A DNA stretch of 64,000 nucleotides, taken from Octopus vulgaris. Its lineage: Eukaryota. A program made the position numbers and the translations under genes. The notes under the pieces are model-generated. The model was given only the letters and a program-made list of their open reading frames with translations. It was not told the DNA's origin and ran no database searches. Shown here piece after piece: positions 27,027 through 41,167 of the stretch (position 1 is its first letter; each line of letters starts with the position of its first letter). The stretch lies in NCBI GenBank assembly GCA_951406725.2, contig OX597815.1, positions 155,620,001 to 155,684,000 of the forward strand, written 5' to 3'.

Positions 27027-28173
27027 AATGATGATGATATTTATTCTATGAAACTCAGAGGAATAAAAAGAAAAGTTAAATCTGCCAGAATGTTGGAAAT
27101 GGCCAGAATACCATGTGTATTACCCATCTGTTATAGTAACCATTTGACTGGACTCTCATTTCAGTTGTAAACAGCCATTTTGTCTGGCTGCTAAATCAAG
27201 CAAATACATACACATCTTACATTTATAAGGATAATGATGATGGTGATGTTGTTGATGAAGAGGTTGATACATTTGTTCTAAAGATCATGCATTTGTACTT
27301 AGGATGCACCGAAGTGTGAAACTTATTTCAGTGAAGTTTGCGGAAACAGGAATTATTTAGTGAAATATCCTACAAATTTTTAAATAATTGGAACTTGAGG
27401 AATTGGAAATGGAATATTTCCAAAAGACTTTTTTGAATGGAATGGTGATGTATGTAATCTTGAAATATTACTTTAATGACCTTCACAACAAATTACTAAC
27501 CTTTACTTTATATAACAAGTCAAAGAAATAGCTCAATGAAAACTTAATATATAAATAGTAAAAGTAATAATGAATTCATTTACCTAGACAACAGACAAAT
27601 TTTATTGGAGAGAAGACAAAATCAACTCCAACACATTATTGGTGACTTTTGTTTCCAAGACTAGAAAGATCAAAAGGGAAGTCACCAAAGCAAAATTTGT
27701 TTTAAGTTTCTTGAAGGAGAAACTTAATATTCTAAGAATTTTGGTCTGGTCTGCTACTTTTTATTTTTATTTATAGAATATACAGTAACAAAGAGAGGTA
27801 GGTGAAGAGGTAGATAGATTAAAAAGGCTTTTTTGGTATTTAGTTATGTTTCATTACATCCTGTGTTAGAATTCCACTGAGGTAAACTTTGTCTTTTATC
27901 CTTCCAATAAAATACGTACAAGTTATTGTGTTGTTTAGCTGCTCTGTGATCCGAGGTATTCCAGTACTTTACTGGTATTTTATTTTGTCTCTAGAAGGCT
28001 GAAAGGCAAAGTGGACCCCAGTAGGATTGGACTCAAAGCATAAAGAGCTATAACTAAATAAGTTAAGATATTTTTTCCCAGTATTCTAAACTGATGTGCA
28101 AATTCACTTAACATGATCTCAAATTTGGGGGAGGAAATAATCAATTAATCGGCCCATTATTTGACAAGTACTT

Positions 28174-28739
28174 TTGGGTTGTCCGGAAAGTTCGTGCCAA
28201 TTTATAGTAGCTTACCTTTCGACTTATTTTAGAACATGGTTGAGTCCATAAAATAGGATTTGACTACACCTCCATTTAGAGCACAGTTTAAGCTATCTTT
28301 TCGGGGAAGAAGGTTTATGTTTCTATAACTTGTGTTAATTCTGCAACCCTTTAAAATGGAAGATAAGAAAGTTCATTTTTGGCACTTGATGCTTTGGGAA
28401 CCAGACAAAAATTGCTGCAGCTTGGCTGGGATGTGTTACCCCACCCTCCATATTCACCAGATATTGCTCCTTTGGATTGCCACTTATTCAGGTCTTTGCA
28501 GAATAGTATTAATGGTAAAAATTTCAATTCCTTGGATGACGTAAAAAGATACCTTGATGAATTTTTTGCCATGAAACCAACTCAATTCTGGGAAGAGGGT
28601 ATTTTCAAGTTATAGGAAAGATGGAGACGCATTGTGCAACAAAATGGTTCATATTTAGTTGATTAAAAATGTAATGGCAAGTATTTATTGACCTTTTTCT
28701 TTCCTTTAAAAATCGGCATGAACTTTCCAGACTACCCAA
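28174..28739 (+). mobile_element. Internally deleted mariner transposon
   Basis: TIRs ttgggttgtccggaaagttcgtgcc / ggcatgaactttccagactacccaa with TA on the right. Encodes WDVLPHPPYSPDIAPLDCHLFRSLQN. Interrupts a SINE relic at its gtactTAtttt site. Confidence 0.92.
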
Positions 28740-29445
28740 TATTTTATCAACTCTTAAAAGTAGGTAAAAACAAAACTGAACAGGGTGAGAATTAAACTCA
28801 AAAAGCAAAGGGATGTAACTAAATAGAACATATTTGATTTACTGTCCTACTGATTCTGATACTCTATCATTACTACAAATATATATATGAACATAATATT
28901 GCAAATTAGCAATCATTAGAGCATCAGATAAATTTTTAAAAAGTATATAGCTGCTTTTTGATACATAACATTATTCATTCTGTTTATAAGACAAGCCATA
29001 TACTACTAATGATAATTATAGTTGTTGAATGTAGGTGCAAGACCAACAATTTTGAGGAGAAGGGGACAGTTGATTACATTGTCCCAATGCCCCAGAGCTT
29101 ATCAAACCCAGAGAGATAAAAAGCAAAGCTACTCTCATCAGGGTGCAGAATAAGAGAACAAATATTGCAAGGAATTTTTTTCAACACTCTCAATTCTTAC
29201 AAACCAACCAACCAACCAACCAACCAAATGATAATAAGCTCACTAAATGGTTAAGTTCCTGCCCTTGTGTGGTTCACTTACTCTGCCGTGCAGTGTGATA
29301 TTATCACTTGACAGTGACTTTGACGGAAGCTACTATGTTGTAGGTAGTCAATTCAGGTCTTTGGTTTGAGGATGACTTCTCTTCATCCAGCCAGTCTTGG
29401 ATGCCTTGAAAAAGTCAAGGGCCTTACCTCAGCTGACTATACCAC

Positions 29446-29447
<2 letters not shown>

Positions 29448-29503
<56 letters not shown>

Positions 29504-29982
29504 GGGCTACAGCAAATATTCTGCTCAATACCACAGACTTGCTTGTCAGTTGTTTGATCTTAACCAGTTGAGCATGTCCCTTAGTGGCTGACATGGCCCT
29601 ATGTGCATCTCTGATCACGAGCAGAAGTAGTGGGGGACCATCATAGCCATGTGTTGAGAGGGATTCTTTGGGGTTTGAATAATTCACCTCTGGAAACATG
29701 GGTGGTTTTTTCAACATCCTTAAACAACCCTTATTCAGGGACCTTTTGAATGGGATGGGTTACTCGACCAGACGAAAATTCTAATTGGGCCCCACCTGCA
29801 AGGTCATGCGCTGTTAATCTTGATATGAGATCACCATGTCACGCACATATGGTTGTGATGCATGTGCCTGGTGTACCCTTATCAGACGGATAGTCATGAT
29901 GGCTATACTGGGCTTCGTATATTTTACCCCAATGTCACTTTGATGGAATGCACTGCTCTCTCACTCAATAATAATGATGATG

Positions 29983-30023
<41 letters not shown>

Positions 30024-30802
30024 TATTATTATTATTATTATCATTGTAATGATAATAATCCTTTCTACTATAGGCACAAGGCCTGAATTTTCATGGGAAG
30101 GGGACTAGTCGATTACATTGATCCCAGTGTTTACTGGTACTTAATTTATTGACCCCAAAAAATGAGTGGCCTTGACAGAATTTGAACTCAGAATATGGTG
30201 ATAGGCGAAATACCATTAAGCATTTCATCCAGCACATTAACAATTCTGTCAGCCTCTTGCCTTAATAATAAATGCCTTGATGTTGTACCAGGCACTGGTC
30301 GCATGGCTTCTGATCTTAACTGATTGAAAGTGTTATCATGTACATGTTTTGTCTTGGCATAAGAGATAGGATGCAGCAAATATTCTGCTCAATATCACAG
30401 ATTTGTTTGTCAGTTGCTTGACCTTAACCAGTTGAGCATGTCTCTCAGTAGCTGACGACGTGTGCATATTTGATCTTGAGCAGATGTAGTGGGGGAGCAT
30501 CATAGCCATGTGTTGAGAGGAATTCAGGGGGGTTTGAATTATTCAACTCTGGAAACATGGGTGTCTCATTCAACATCCTTAAACAACCCTTATTCAAGGA
30601 CTGTTTGAGTGGGATAGGCTGCTCAACACAAAGAAAATTTTAACTGGGCTTTTTATCTTGGTATGAGATCACCATGTCACACACACATGGTCGTGATGCA
30701 TGTGCCTGATGTACCCTTAAATGGGTAGTCATGATGGGTATATTGGGCTTTGTATATTTGTATCCCAGTGTCACTTTGATGGCATGTACTGCTCTCTCTC
30801 AC

Positions 30803-30858
<56 letters not shown>

Positions 30859-31077
30859 TAATAATTCTTTCTACTATAGGCACAAGGCTTGAAATTTTGG
30901 GGGATAGGGAAAGTTGATCACACCGACTCCAGTACTTGACTGGTACTTAATTTATCAACTCTGAAAGGATAGAAGGCAAGGTTGACCTTGGTGGAATTTG
31001 AACTCAGAATATAAAGATAGATAAAATGCTGCTTAGAATTCTGTCCAGTGTGCTAACGATTCTGCAAACTTGCCACC

Positions 31078-31140
<63 letters not shown>

Positions 31141-31750
31141 GCCCTGATGCAGTACCAGGCAGTGGCTCTCATGGCTTCTGATCTTAACTGATTGGAAGTG
31201 TTATCATGTACATTGTTTTGTCTTGGTATAAAAGATGGGCTACAGCAAATATTCTGCTCAGTACCACAGATTTGCTTGTCAGTTGTTTGACCTTAACCAG
31301 TTGAGCATGTCCCTTAGTGGCTGACGATATGTGCATCTCTGATCACGAGCAGAAGTAGTGGGGGACCATCATAGCCATGTGTTGAGAGGGATTCTTTGGG
31401 GTTTGAATAATTCACCTCTGGAAACATGGGTGGTTTTTTCAACATCCTTAAACAACCCTTATTCAGGGACCTTTTGAGCGGGATGGGCTACTCAACCTGA
31501 AGAAAATTCTAACTGGGCCCCACCTGCAAGGTCATGTGCTGTTTATCTTGATATGAGATCACTATGTCACGCACATTTGGTTGTGATGCATGTGCCTGGT
31601 GTACCCTTATCAGACGGGTAGTCATGATGGGTATATTGGGCTTTGTATATTTTACCCCAGTGTCACTTTGATGGCATGAACTGCTCTCTCACTCAATAAT
31701 AACAATAATAATCCTTTCTACTAAAGTCACAAGGGCTGAAATTTGAGGGG
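29448..31750. repeat. Three-fold alternation of an (AAT)n-flanked element and antisense Nin-like SINEs
   Basis: Element copies at about 29504-29967, 30270-30802 and 31139-31695. SINE pieces at about 30059-30262, 30866-31079 and 31712-31750. All separated by (AAT)n. Confidence 0.85.
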
Positions 31751-32339
31751 GAACTTTTCTGAAATTTTTCTGAAACTCCTCTTACCAACCTCACAAAAAA
31801 ATTTTTCACAACAAATTCTAATGTAATAGCAATCTACACCACACACACTTGTAAATACACATATTTATATATAGCATATGTGTGTGTATGTTTGTGTGTG
31901 AAATTGATATAAGAAATATCTTTTATGATAAAAATTTGCTGTTTCCTTTTGATTAATATACCAGTGACATCAGGTGAAACTTCTCAATGCAATTCATCTG
32001 CATTTAGTGTCTCTGACTGTGATTCACTTCCACTCTGTTTGTTGTTTTAGTTTCCCTCTACCAGCATGACCAGCATGAAACACATTGCATTTTATTACAT
32101 GGAAGATGTGTGAGTGTGTGAGTGTGGGTGGGTGACTGTGTGAGAGATTGGTTAACATAATTTATCATAAAATCTTTGTTCCATTTTGATTAAAATACCT
32201 GCAACTTCAGAGCTCACAACACTTCACCCACATTTTGCATCTTTGACTGTCAGTCACTTCTACCCTGTTGTTTGACCTCCTCTCTACCAGCAGGACTGAC
32301 AGAACACATTGCATTTTATAATATGTAAGTTATGAAGTA

Positions 32340-32795
32340 TTAACCCTTTCATTACCAACCCAGCTGAAACCAGCTCTGACTCTGAGTATAAATGTCTTGT
32401 TTTCATAAATTTTGAATTAAAATCTTCCACCAAAACTTTGTCACAATTTATGTTCCTAGCACAAGCTGAATAATAACTTTTACTAAATTCTTTGTTATAT
32501 TTAAAGTAATTGAAAGAAACAAAGCATCTCAAACTAAATACAATAATGAAAAGATTAAAGAATGGCATTAACCCTTTCAATACCAACCCAGCTAAAACTA
32601 GCTCTGGCTCTGAGCACAAATGTCTTTTTTTCATAAGTTCTGAATTAAAATCTTCCACCAAACCTTAGTCACAATTTATGTTCCTAACACTAGCTGAATA
32701 ATAACTAAGTTGTTTTGCTAAATTCTTTGTTATATTTAAAGTAATTGAAAGAAACACAGAGCATCTGAAAATAATTGCAGTAATGAAAGGGTTAA
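32340..32795. mobile_element. Two tandem piggyBac-type MITEs
   Basis: TTAA-CCCTTTC ... GAAAGGG-TTAA termini. Copies at 32340-32558 and 32568-32795; related copies at 20335-20563, about 25500-25680 and about 49620-49767. Confidence 0.8.
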
Positions 32796-32821
32796 AATAA
32801 ATTTGCATTTGAAATACTCAC

Positions 32822-32974
32822 TTTTTTAATTGTAGTTTGATTATCAAAATCCTTTAATTTTTTGTTTTTTATTAAAATTTTGTATTTGAGTTGATTTGGA
32901 GATGGTAGTAGAGGATCATCACTGAAATCACTGTCAAACAGATATTTTGTTACCAGTTTATCACCGAATGTGGA
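32822..32974 (-). CDS. PLCE1: PLC epsilon exon, X-box end ([51 protein letters not shown])
   Basis: Acceptor tttctattttttctag, donor AAA|gtgagt. 153 nt, phase 0-0. [18 protein letters not shown] motif; DFSDDP is typical of PLC-epsilon. Confidence 0.96.
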
Positions 32975-33226
32975 CTAGAAAAAATAGAAATATGGAACAT
33001 CATAAATATTAAACAATACATATCCAATTACAGAAAATCATTATTGACTAATATATTGTAACAAATCTATCCAAAAGTAAATTACCTGAAAGAAAATAAA
33101 TTTTTATTGCAAATATTCATTGCTTTTTTGCTTAGATGAAGAGTCTGTCCAGAAACGTCGTTTTATGAACAGACGCACGCACACACACACACACACACAC
33201 ATACACACACACACATGAACTTTATT

Positions 33227-33418
33227 AGCTCACAGCTGTTTCTGCTATAAGAAGCAGTCAATGGACTCATAGTTGAATGCCTGAATAACACCCTATAGCT
33301 TCATCAGAGCCTTGAATATTAAGTACTTCATATTTGAGGCTCTACTGAAGTTATAAGGTGTTAAACAGGCACTCAACTATGAGTCTACTACATCTTATAG
33401 CAGAAAGAGCTGTAAGCT
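33227..33418. ncRNA. Inverted pair of degenerate hammerhead motifs (third family)
   Basis: Minus 33227-33311: ggct-CTGATGA-agctata...tatagca-GAAAC-agct-GTG-agct. Plus 33338-33418: ggct-CTACTGA...GAAAG-agct-GTA-agct. Confidence 0.6.
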
Positions 33419-33424
33419 AATGAA

Positions 33425-33465
<41 letters not shown>

Positions 33466-33517
33466 CATGCATATACATACAGACATATACATTTATTATT
33501 ATTATTATTATTATTAT

Positions 33518-33849
33518 TCAGTAGTTTTATTTTTATAGCGTGCTTTCACTTCACTACCGAGCGCAGCTCTGTGTGCCTTGGGTATGTGCTGTGATTTGTT
33601 GTGATGCTCTGATGGTTATTGTATGGAAAGTGTTCTGCGTAGGATGTGTGCAGTGCCTAGTAGTGCAATTTTCTGTATGTTATATGTGTTTGTAAGTCCT
33701 GGTGTTTTTGTTATGTATTTGTCTGAATATTTTTTTATCATGCCTAATGCACCTACTATAATAGGAATTGTTTCTGTTTTCAGGTTCCACATTCTAGTTA
33801 TCTCTATTTCCAGGTCTTTGTATTTTGAGAGTTTCTCCATTTCTTTTAG
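33518..33849 (-). mobile_element. R4/Dong-clade non-LTR retrotransposon 3' end inside (TAA)n
   Basis: EKLSKYKDLEIEITRMWNLKTETIPIIVGALG..IQKIALLGTAHILRRTL is a restriction-like endonuclease C-terminus. (TAA)n on both sides is the known Dong target. Confidence 0.88.
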
Positions 33850-33876
33850 AGACTATTATCATTATTATTATTATTA

Positions 33877-33925
<49 letters not shown>

Positions 33926-34338
33926 CATTATTATTATTATTATTGTTATTTTATGTTTGACTTTTGCTTTACATTTGTACAAGTTGGCACCAAGTCTCAC
34001 CCAGAGACCTCAAGAGACAACAAGTTGGAAGTTCATGTTGGTGTTATGCCTAGGATGCCATATATTTGGTTTTGTACTCAGTGTTGTATTATTATTATTG
34101 TTATCATTATTATTATATTTGAAAAAAATGAATAGAAATGGCTTTTCTGATAATTTTTCCACTTTGGTAATTAGATGTTTATAAGTTTACAAAAAGTCTT
34201 TTAATGACAAAGGTACCTGCCAGCAAGGCTACTTACCAATATCATCACAAATGTACAAGTTTAGTTCTCACACATAGTGTACATACATATACATACACAA
34301 ATACACACACACTCACCCATACATATATATATATATGT

Positions 34339-34378
<40 letters not shown>

Positions 34379-34406
34379 TGTTAGGTGTGATGTACAGAAT
34401 TGAAAA

Positions 34407-34553
34407 TTGAAAAAAGTCTGCAGAATTTTGGAAAGAACTTTTTTTATATATTATATTTTCATTTTCATATTAGTGCTTTCGAAAGTGCTAATATGAAAAT
34501 GAAGATATAATAAATAAAAAAAGTTCTTTTCAAAATTCTGATGACTTTTTTTC

Positions 34554-34555
<2 letters not shown>
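34407..34555. repeat. Loopless palindrome centred on ttc|gaa (34480/34481)
   Basis: attttcatattagtgctttc-gaaagtgctaatatgaaaat, arms about 75 bp, between (TG)n and (CA)n. Confidence 0.9.
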
Positions 34556-34619
<64 letters not shown>

Positions 34620-35092
34620 AATACACACACATACATATATGTATATATATATCTACATATAGACTTTTTTATACAGAATATTTTTATGCATATAAATATG
34701 TGTATGTGTGTGTATGTGTTTGTGTGTGCGTACATATGTGTGTATATGGGTATGCTGTGAGGACATGTGGCCTAGTAGGATATTCAATTGACAATTGTAA
34801 GGTTGTGAGTTTGATAACCAATGGCGTGTCATGTCCTTGGGCAAGACACTTTATTTCATGTTGCTCTAGTCCACTCAGCTGGCAAAAGTGAATGGAGCTT
34901 GTATTCCAGGGACCCAGCCACGTCACATCCTGGGTCGTGCTGAATCACTCTGAGAGCTGTGTTGGGGGTAACTATGTTTGTGGATAGGTGTGTATATATG
35001 TACATGTACCGGTATGCATGTGGATACCAGCATGGCTGTATGTAGGTATGTCTTCCTGGGTATCTATCTGGGTATCTATTTGGGTGTGTATA

Positions 35093-35131
<39 letters not shown>

Positions 35132-35242
35132 CAGCGATGATGCTGGAGTACTGCCTTTAGTTGAACAAATCAACCTCAGGACTCATTCTTCATAAGCCTA
35201 GTACTTATTTTGTGTAGATTTTAGAACATTTATAGATAGAAG

Positions 35243-35290
35243 GTCTTGCAGATGTTTCTGGGATATTTATTATATCCCTTCATCGGAGAT
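35243..35290 (-). ncRNA. Degenerate hammerhead motif (inverted partner of 35594-35641)
   Basis: Minus strand atct-CCGATGA-agggatat..atatccca-GAAAC-atct-GCA-agac. C at core position 4 and GUA changed to GCA. Confidence 0.65.
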
Positions 35291-35593
35291 GGTGTGAGAG
35301 GATGTTTAAGTAATTGTTAATTTAGCTAAGATGCAAAATAGAGAGTGAGGTGGTGGAATGAAAATAGATGTGAGATATGTAGGGATATTGTATTTGTAGA
35401 TCCATTATTTAGGCAGAATGGTATACATATAAGATTCGAATACCTTATGTGTAAAATCCAATAGTATTTAAAATTGGTCATACCAAGTATAGTATTTATA
35501 AATAGTGTTGTTGAATCAAGGGTTTTATTTAAAGTAAACTATCTATTTCGTATCTTATCTAAATTAACTATTACTTAACCATCCTCTCACACT

Positions 35594-35641
35594 GTCTCTG
35601 ATGACGGGATATAATAAATATCCTGGAAACAGCTGTAAGAC
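35594..35641 (+). ncRNA. Minimal type I hammerhead ribozyme motif (Penelope-like)
   Basis: gtct-CTGATGA-cgggatat(aataa)atatcctg-GAAAC-agct-GTA-agac. All core nucleotides, 8-bp stem II, 4-bp stem I, palindromic stem III. Confidence 0.8.
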
Positions 35642-35713
35642 CTATCTATAAATGTTCTAAAATCTACACAGCCTTGATTTTTTTATCTCATTACAAAAAA
35701 ATTTATACATACA

Positions 35714-35786
<73 letters not shown>

Positions 35787-36035
35787 GGGTGAGTATGTGT
35801 GTATTTGTGTATGTATATGTATATATGTACACTATGTGTGAGAACTAAATGTGTATGTTTGTGACGATATTGGCAAGTAGCCTTGCTGGCAGGTACCTTT
35901 GTCATTAACAGACTTTTTGTAAACTTGTAAACATCTAATTACCAAAGTGGAAAAATTATCAGAAAAGCAATTTCTATTAATTTTTCACATATATAAAATA
36001 CTGTACCAAGGACATTCTCTTTCTTATTATACTAC

Positions 36036-36086
<51 letters not shown>

Positions 36087-36269
36087 CATGTATGTATGTA
36101 TGTATGTATGTATGTATGTATGTATGTATGCATGTATGTATGTATGTATGTATGTATGTATGTATACACACAAACACACACATATGTATGTATATGTGTC
36201 ATATTCTTTGTGAGATTAAATTTAATTTATTAATTATTTTACTTATGAGTATTCATTAGGCTTCATTAT

Positions 36270-36760
36270 ATTGATTGAAATATTTTTAGGTTTCCTGGAG
36301 TGTTTTGCTTGCAGGAGATTGTTCTTTCAGAATTTCTATTTATGGTTGGAGTTCTTTGCTAGGAATATTACTAAGGTTTCAGTTTTGCATAAATGACATC
36401 ATTCGGTTGTTGACATTATGGTCTGTTTGAATTTGTAATTTCTATTCTTGCTTTTAATCTCTAGGTATAACAGGATAATAACATGTAATTACTGCAGTGT
36501 TTATACTGAAAAGTAAGGATTTATTGATTATAACACTTCTTATATTTGTTTGCAGTGAGCCCATGTTTATGCTGAAAATTTTGGTTAGGTTGAGTATAGC
36601 AGTTCTTAAATTGGTTGTCAGGGAATCTGATGCATACTTTAGTGGAATAGTTTGCTTGTATTCTAGACTGGAATTAGGCCTTTTGTCAAGCATATATTAT
36701 ATAAGGGACATTTATTCTGGCTTTGACAATTGCAGTTGTTAGAGAGTTAATTGTAGCTTT
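36270..36760 (-). mobile_element. Penelope-like element GIY-YIG endonuclease relic
   Basis: Minus strand reads NNCNCQSQNKCPLYNICLTKGLI, then after a frameshift TKVCIRFPDNQFKNCYTQ. This resembles the CNC..CPL..CL linker and the decayed YIG..FKxRY region of PLE endonucleases. Confidence 0.6.
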
Positions 36761-37047
36761 ATTTAGTTTAGAAGTGTTTACACCAAATATATGAACAAAA
36801 TTTATGAACAAAATTTAATAGAGTAGAATAAGATATTTTAATAGTATTCTTATAAAAAAATATTTATTATGCAGTAGATGGAAATGTTTATAAATAAAAT
36901 GAACAATCTGTGTGCTTAGTGTTAATTGATATTAGTAATTTCATCTTTTTATCACTCCATATGAGATTAATCCATTTCCAGATGCATGCTTCATGCCTGA
37001 GTAATTAATATCTATTTTATTTTAATATGTGTGTGTATGTGTGTGTT

Positions 37048-37116
<69 letters not shown>

Positions 37117-37585
37117 ATTGATAGATAGACAGACAGGTATGTGTATATACCTTGAATTGATTTCTTGATTCAGTTACTACACACACACATATACATAATA
37201 AATAGTGTATTTATATGTGTGATTATGTATATTACATAATTATACCACAAACAATATAAAAACGAACTCAGTGCTTTATGCAATTAGAGTTGGTTTTAAG
37301 GAGGGCATCCAGTCATAAAAACCATACAAAAAATAAAACAGAGTACCATGGTACAGTCTTTTACCTGGCCGGCTCCTGTCAAACCGTCCAACCTATAGGC
37401 AGTATGATAGGCAGACTTTAAACAACAATGATGATAGTGATGATGTATATAGCTTGTTAAGAAAATTTCTATCAGAGACAAGAGTAGTCTTCATACTGAG
37501 AAGTAATGTGCTGCTATTTTAATCCCAGGAGGATGCCTCCTTCAGTTGGTGATTCAGTGCACTTTGCACACGATATGTATTGCAA

Positions 37586-37640
<55 letters not shown>

Positions 37641-38614
37641 GGTGCACATGTGACAGCTTTCACACAATTTCTGTCAACCAAATTCACTCACAAAGTATCG
37701 GTAGGACTAGGGCTACAGATGATGACACTATGCAGTTGCACCTATTCAGTGGTCAGTATGGATACTGGTATATGTTCCATTTTGTCACAATTGTAAAAGG
37801 AAGACTACATTTGTATTCTTTAGTTTGTATTTATCCTCATGATCGGTTTCATGCTGGAGCACCACCTTTAGAACTGAATTTTCTGTTATAACAGCTGTCT
37901 GTTTAGTTGATAGAATAATAGAAGAGCAAAAAGTTTTAACAATAGAAAGAAACAAATATACATAAGTTCAACTTTAAAAATTTGTTGACTCAACTCATCT
38001 AAACAAGTGAAGAGAGCTTTGTATCAAAAATTTAGAAATACGCTTTTCAGGGCAAAAAGAAATATAAAAAAATGTATATAGATTTACTGACAATGAAAGG
38101 AATTATTTTTGCTTTGAGATGGAACTTTTTCTTCACACCCCTACTTCACTTCTGCCATTGTCTTTTATTTCTGAAGAAAGTTCTTCATTTTAACATTCTA
38201 CTAAAAGACTAACAGCCTGTGCACGTTACACACACACACACAAGTGCACACATGCATGCACATACACACATACACACATACACACATACATACACACATG
38301 TGCACACACATACACACACACGCAAATGCACACACCTATATATACATACACAAGTAACTAAGCACATATTTAAACATCTTCCTTTGCTAAACTGAAAACT
38401 GATAATTTCTGAAGATTACTTTCTCATAAAAATTTTATTATGATAATCGTGTCATTTATTATTCTGAAGAGAATTTGGCTTCTACCACTTATTTAGGTTA
38501 AGTTTACAAAAACTTGAATAGCTGTTCAAAAAGTAAATAAATATATAAATATAAAGATGCAAAAAACAAACAAAACTGCACACTCATCCATTGTAGTTGT
38601 CATAAAATACTTAC

Positions 38615-38731
38615 AACAAATATTTGTGCCATTTTTTGTTGTTGTGGTATTGAGCAATGGTTTTCTATGGACAAGATTATAGGATATGGGGAATTAACAA
38701 ATGCTGCTCTGTTGATAGCCTCTACAACTGC
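38615..38731 (-). CDS. PLCE1: PLC epsilon exon, X-box ([39 protein letters not shown])
   Basis: Acceptor ttctttttctctctttatacag, donor GTT|gtaagt. 117 nt, phase 0-0. [14 protein letters not shown] motif. Confidence 0.97.
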
Positions 38732-39647
38732 CTGTATAAAGAGAGAAAAAGAACAGAATATATAATTATTATTTTCAACATTTGTAGAATCTAATTCAAT
38801 GTATAATTTCAACTTTAGGTAAAATGGAATTTTGTATTTGCATCAGACTTTCTGTGCAGTTTTGATTAGATAAATATATTGCTGTGATATTGTTTTACAG
38901 CCAAATATTTTCCCTTTTGTTAACAGTTACCTGTTTTTCAAGTAAGGGATCTCTTATCCCACTTGGCTTCAAAGGCACAAAACCAAAGGATGATATGTTG
39001 ACAGGGAAAATTATGTCATTCCCACAACTTGTATCACAGCAATTTTTGTAGTGCAAATACGCACAGACATGCACATGTATATTGAGAGATACAGATGAAC
39101 AATGCATACGTATGATGCGTTCCTTTCAGATTCTGCCTACAAAATCTACTCAAGATGAAACTGGCTCAAGGTGTCATACAGTAGGACGGAAGCTTACACT
39201 AAATAGTTAGGAAGTAAACGTCTTAAAAGCGATGGCCATATTCGTCCATTCATCATTGAAATGAAATAAAATAAACATGTTGACTATGATACTGTACTAT
39301 AAAGGGCAACCCACCAACACTCACTGAATAAAACAACCTTCCTTGACTTTATTTGAAGGATACACCTCGTCATGTCAAAGTTTGAACCCAAAATAGTGAA
39401 ATGAAAGTCTATGCTTGATAGGGTAAAGTACCAAATTCAAATGCTTACTCATTAAGCAATGGCTAGAACACTATGATGTCATCATCATCAACAGCAGCAG
39501 CCACTTTTAGCATCCACTTTTCCATGTTTGCAGCAATCAGACAGAATTTGCAGAGACAAATTTTCTACAACCCGTTGTCCTTGCTGTCGCCAACTTTATC
39601 ATGTGTGAATAAGATAAATGGAAACTGAAAGAAGCCTGTTGTGCATG

Positions 39648-39695
<48 letters not shown>

Positions 39696-40570
39696 TGTGT
39701 ATGTGTGTGTGTGTGTGTGTGTGGTGTGTATGTGTGTGTGTGTGTGAGAAAGAGAGAGAGAGAAGGGACTTTGTCTTGACATTGCATAATAATTGTAAAT
39801 GAGTTTCGGCATCAGCATAGTGGTGTCATTCATTTCCAATCTTCCACAAAAACATGCCTGGTCATGGAAAAATATTACACTAGCAGGAGACAGGTGAGAG
39901 TTGGCTACAAGAAGGGCATCTAGCTATAAAAAAAAATCTTCCTTAGTAACTTTCGTCTGACCTATACAAGCATGGAAAAGTGCATATAAAAATGATGATG
40001 GTGATGAGGATAATAAATATTTATTACTAATTGCAAAAGTTTTTCAATGAATTAATCATCATCTAAGTTCTACAGCTACTTATGGCTAGAGAGTGAAACA
40101 GCACCAAAGACTTTGTGACAGGTGATTTTTGTAATGTAAATTATATGTAATGAAATTTACTTGATAATAACAGATGGTGCTTTCAAATATATAGCCATTG
40201 AGTGAGATAATCAGAGATTTACTGGAATTGCATTTCAACAGATAAATAGGTGTCTGTGTTAAGAGAAAGTTCTGCCATATCATCTGTTGTTAAATGTGAG
40301 CTCTGTGTTGATAGAGAAAACATTAATATATATTTGTCATTTCTCTTTTACTTGTTTCAGTCATCTGACTGCAACCATGCTGGGGCACTGCCTTCAAGGG
40401 TTTTAGTCGAACAAATTGACCCCAGAACTTCTATTTTTATTTTTTTTTTTTAAGCTTAGTACTTATTCTATCAGTTACTCTGGCCAAACTGCTAAGCTAT
40501 GGAGGCATAAGCACGTAGGCACCTGTTGCCAAAACAGACACAAAGACACAAACACGCACGTGCACACACA

Positions 40571-40616
<46 letters not shown>

Positions 40617-40960
40617 TTATATAGTGATCTCACACACTGTGGGGTGGTTATCTCCCCTGTCAGTATATGCAGCTCTAAGTGCTTTTAACCCTTATTTCTG
40701 AATTTTTCCATATATATATGGAACAGCAGAAAATAGCATTCAGCCAATACATAGACATTTGCACTAATAGCAAAAATCCAAGCTTCAGAATTCGTAAACT
40801 TGTGATTTGCTCATGGCATCATCCTTGTAAGCTGTTTGAGTATGACAATTGTTTCGGCTTTTGTTCTCCCTAGCAGAAAACAGAAGCAGGAAATAGTTTA
40901 AAATTTGTTCTTTGTTATTTACAGACTAATATGTAGTCTATCAACTTAAACACACACACA

Positions 40961-41008
<48 letters not shown>

Positions 41009-41167
41009 CATATAATATTTCATGAATTGCCAAGTAATAATTAATATAGATGGGATACAAAATAGAGAGTGAGGTGGAGGAAAGAAAATAGATGTGAGAT
41101 ATGTAGGGATATTGAATTTATTTTGTATCCCATCAAAATTAATTATTACTTAACCATCCTCTCACAC

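Noticed and set aside
29448-31750. Repeat-spacer periodicity as a CRISPR-like array
   Set aside because: Eukaryotic context; the units are retroelement copies separated by microsatellites.
31875-32325. Diverged tandem duplication of about 240 bp as mutually exclusive exons
   Set aside because: The copy I translated has stops in all three minus-strand frames between its splice-like sites.
33130-33162. cttagatgaagagtctgtccagaaacgtcg, resembling a Penelope end
   Set aside because: Core and stems too degenerate to support.
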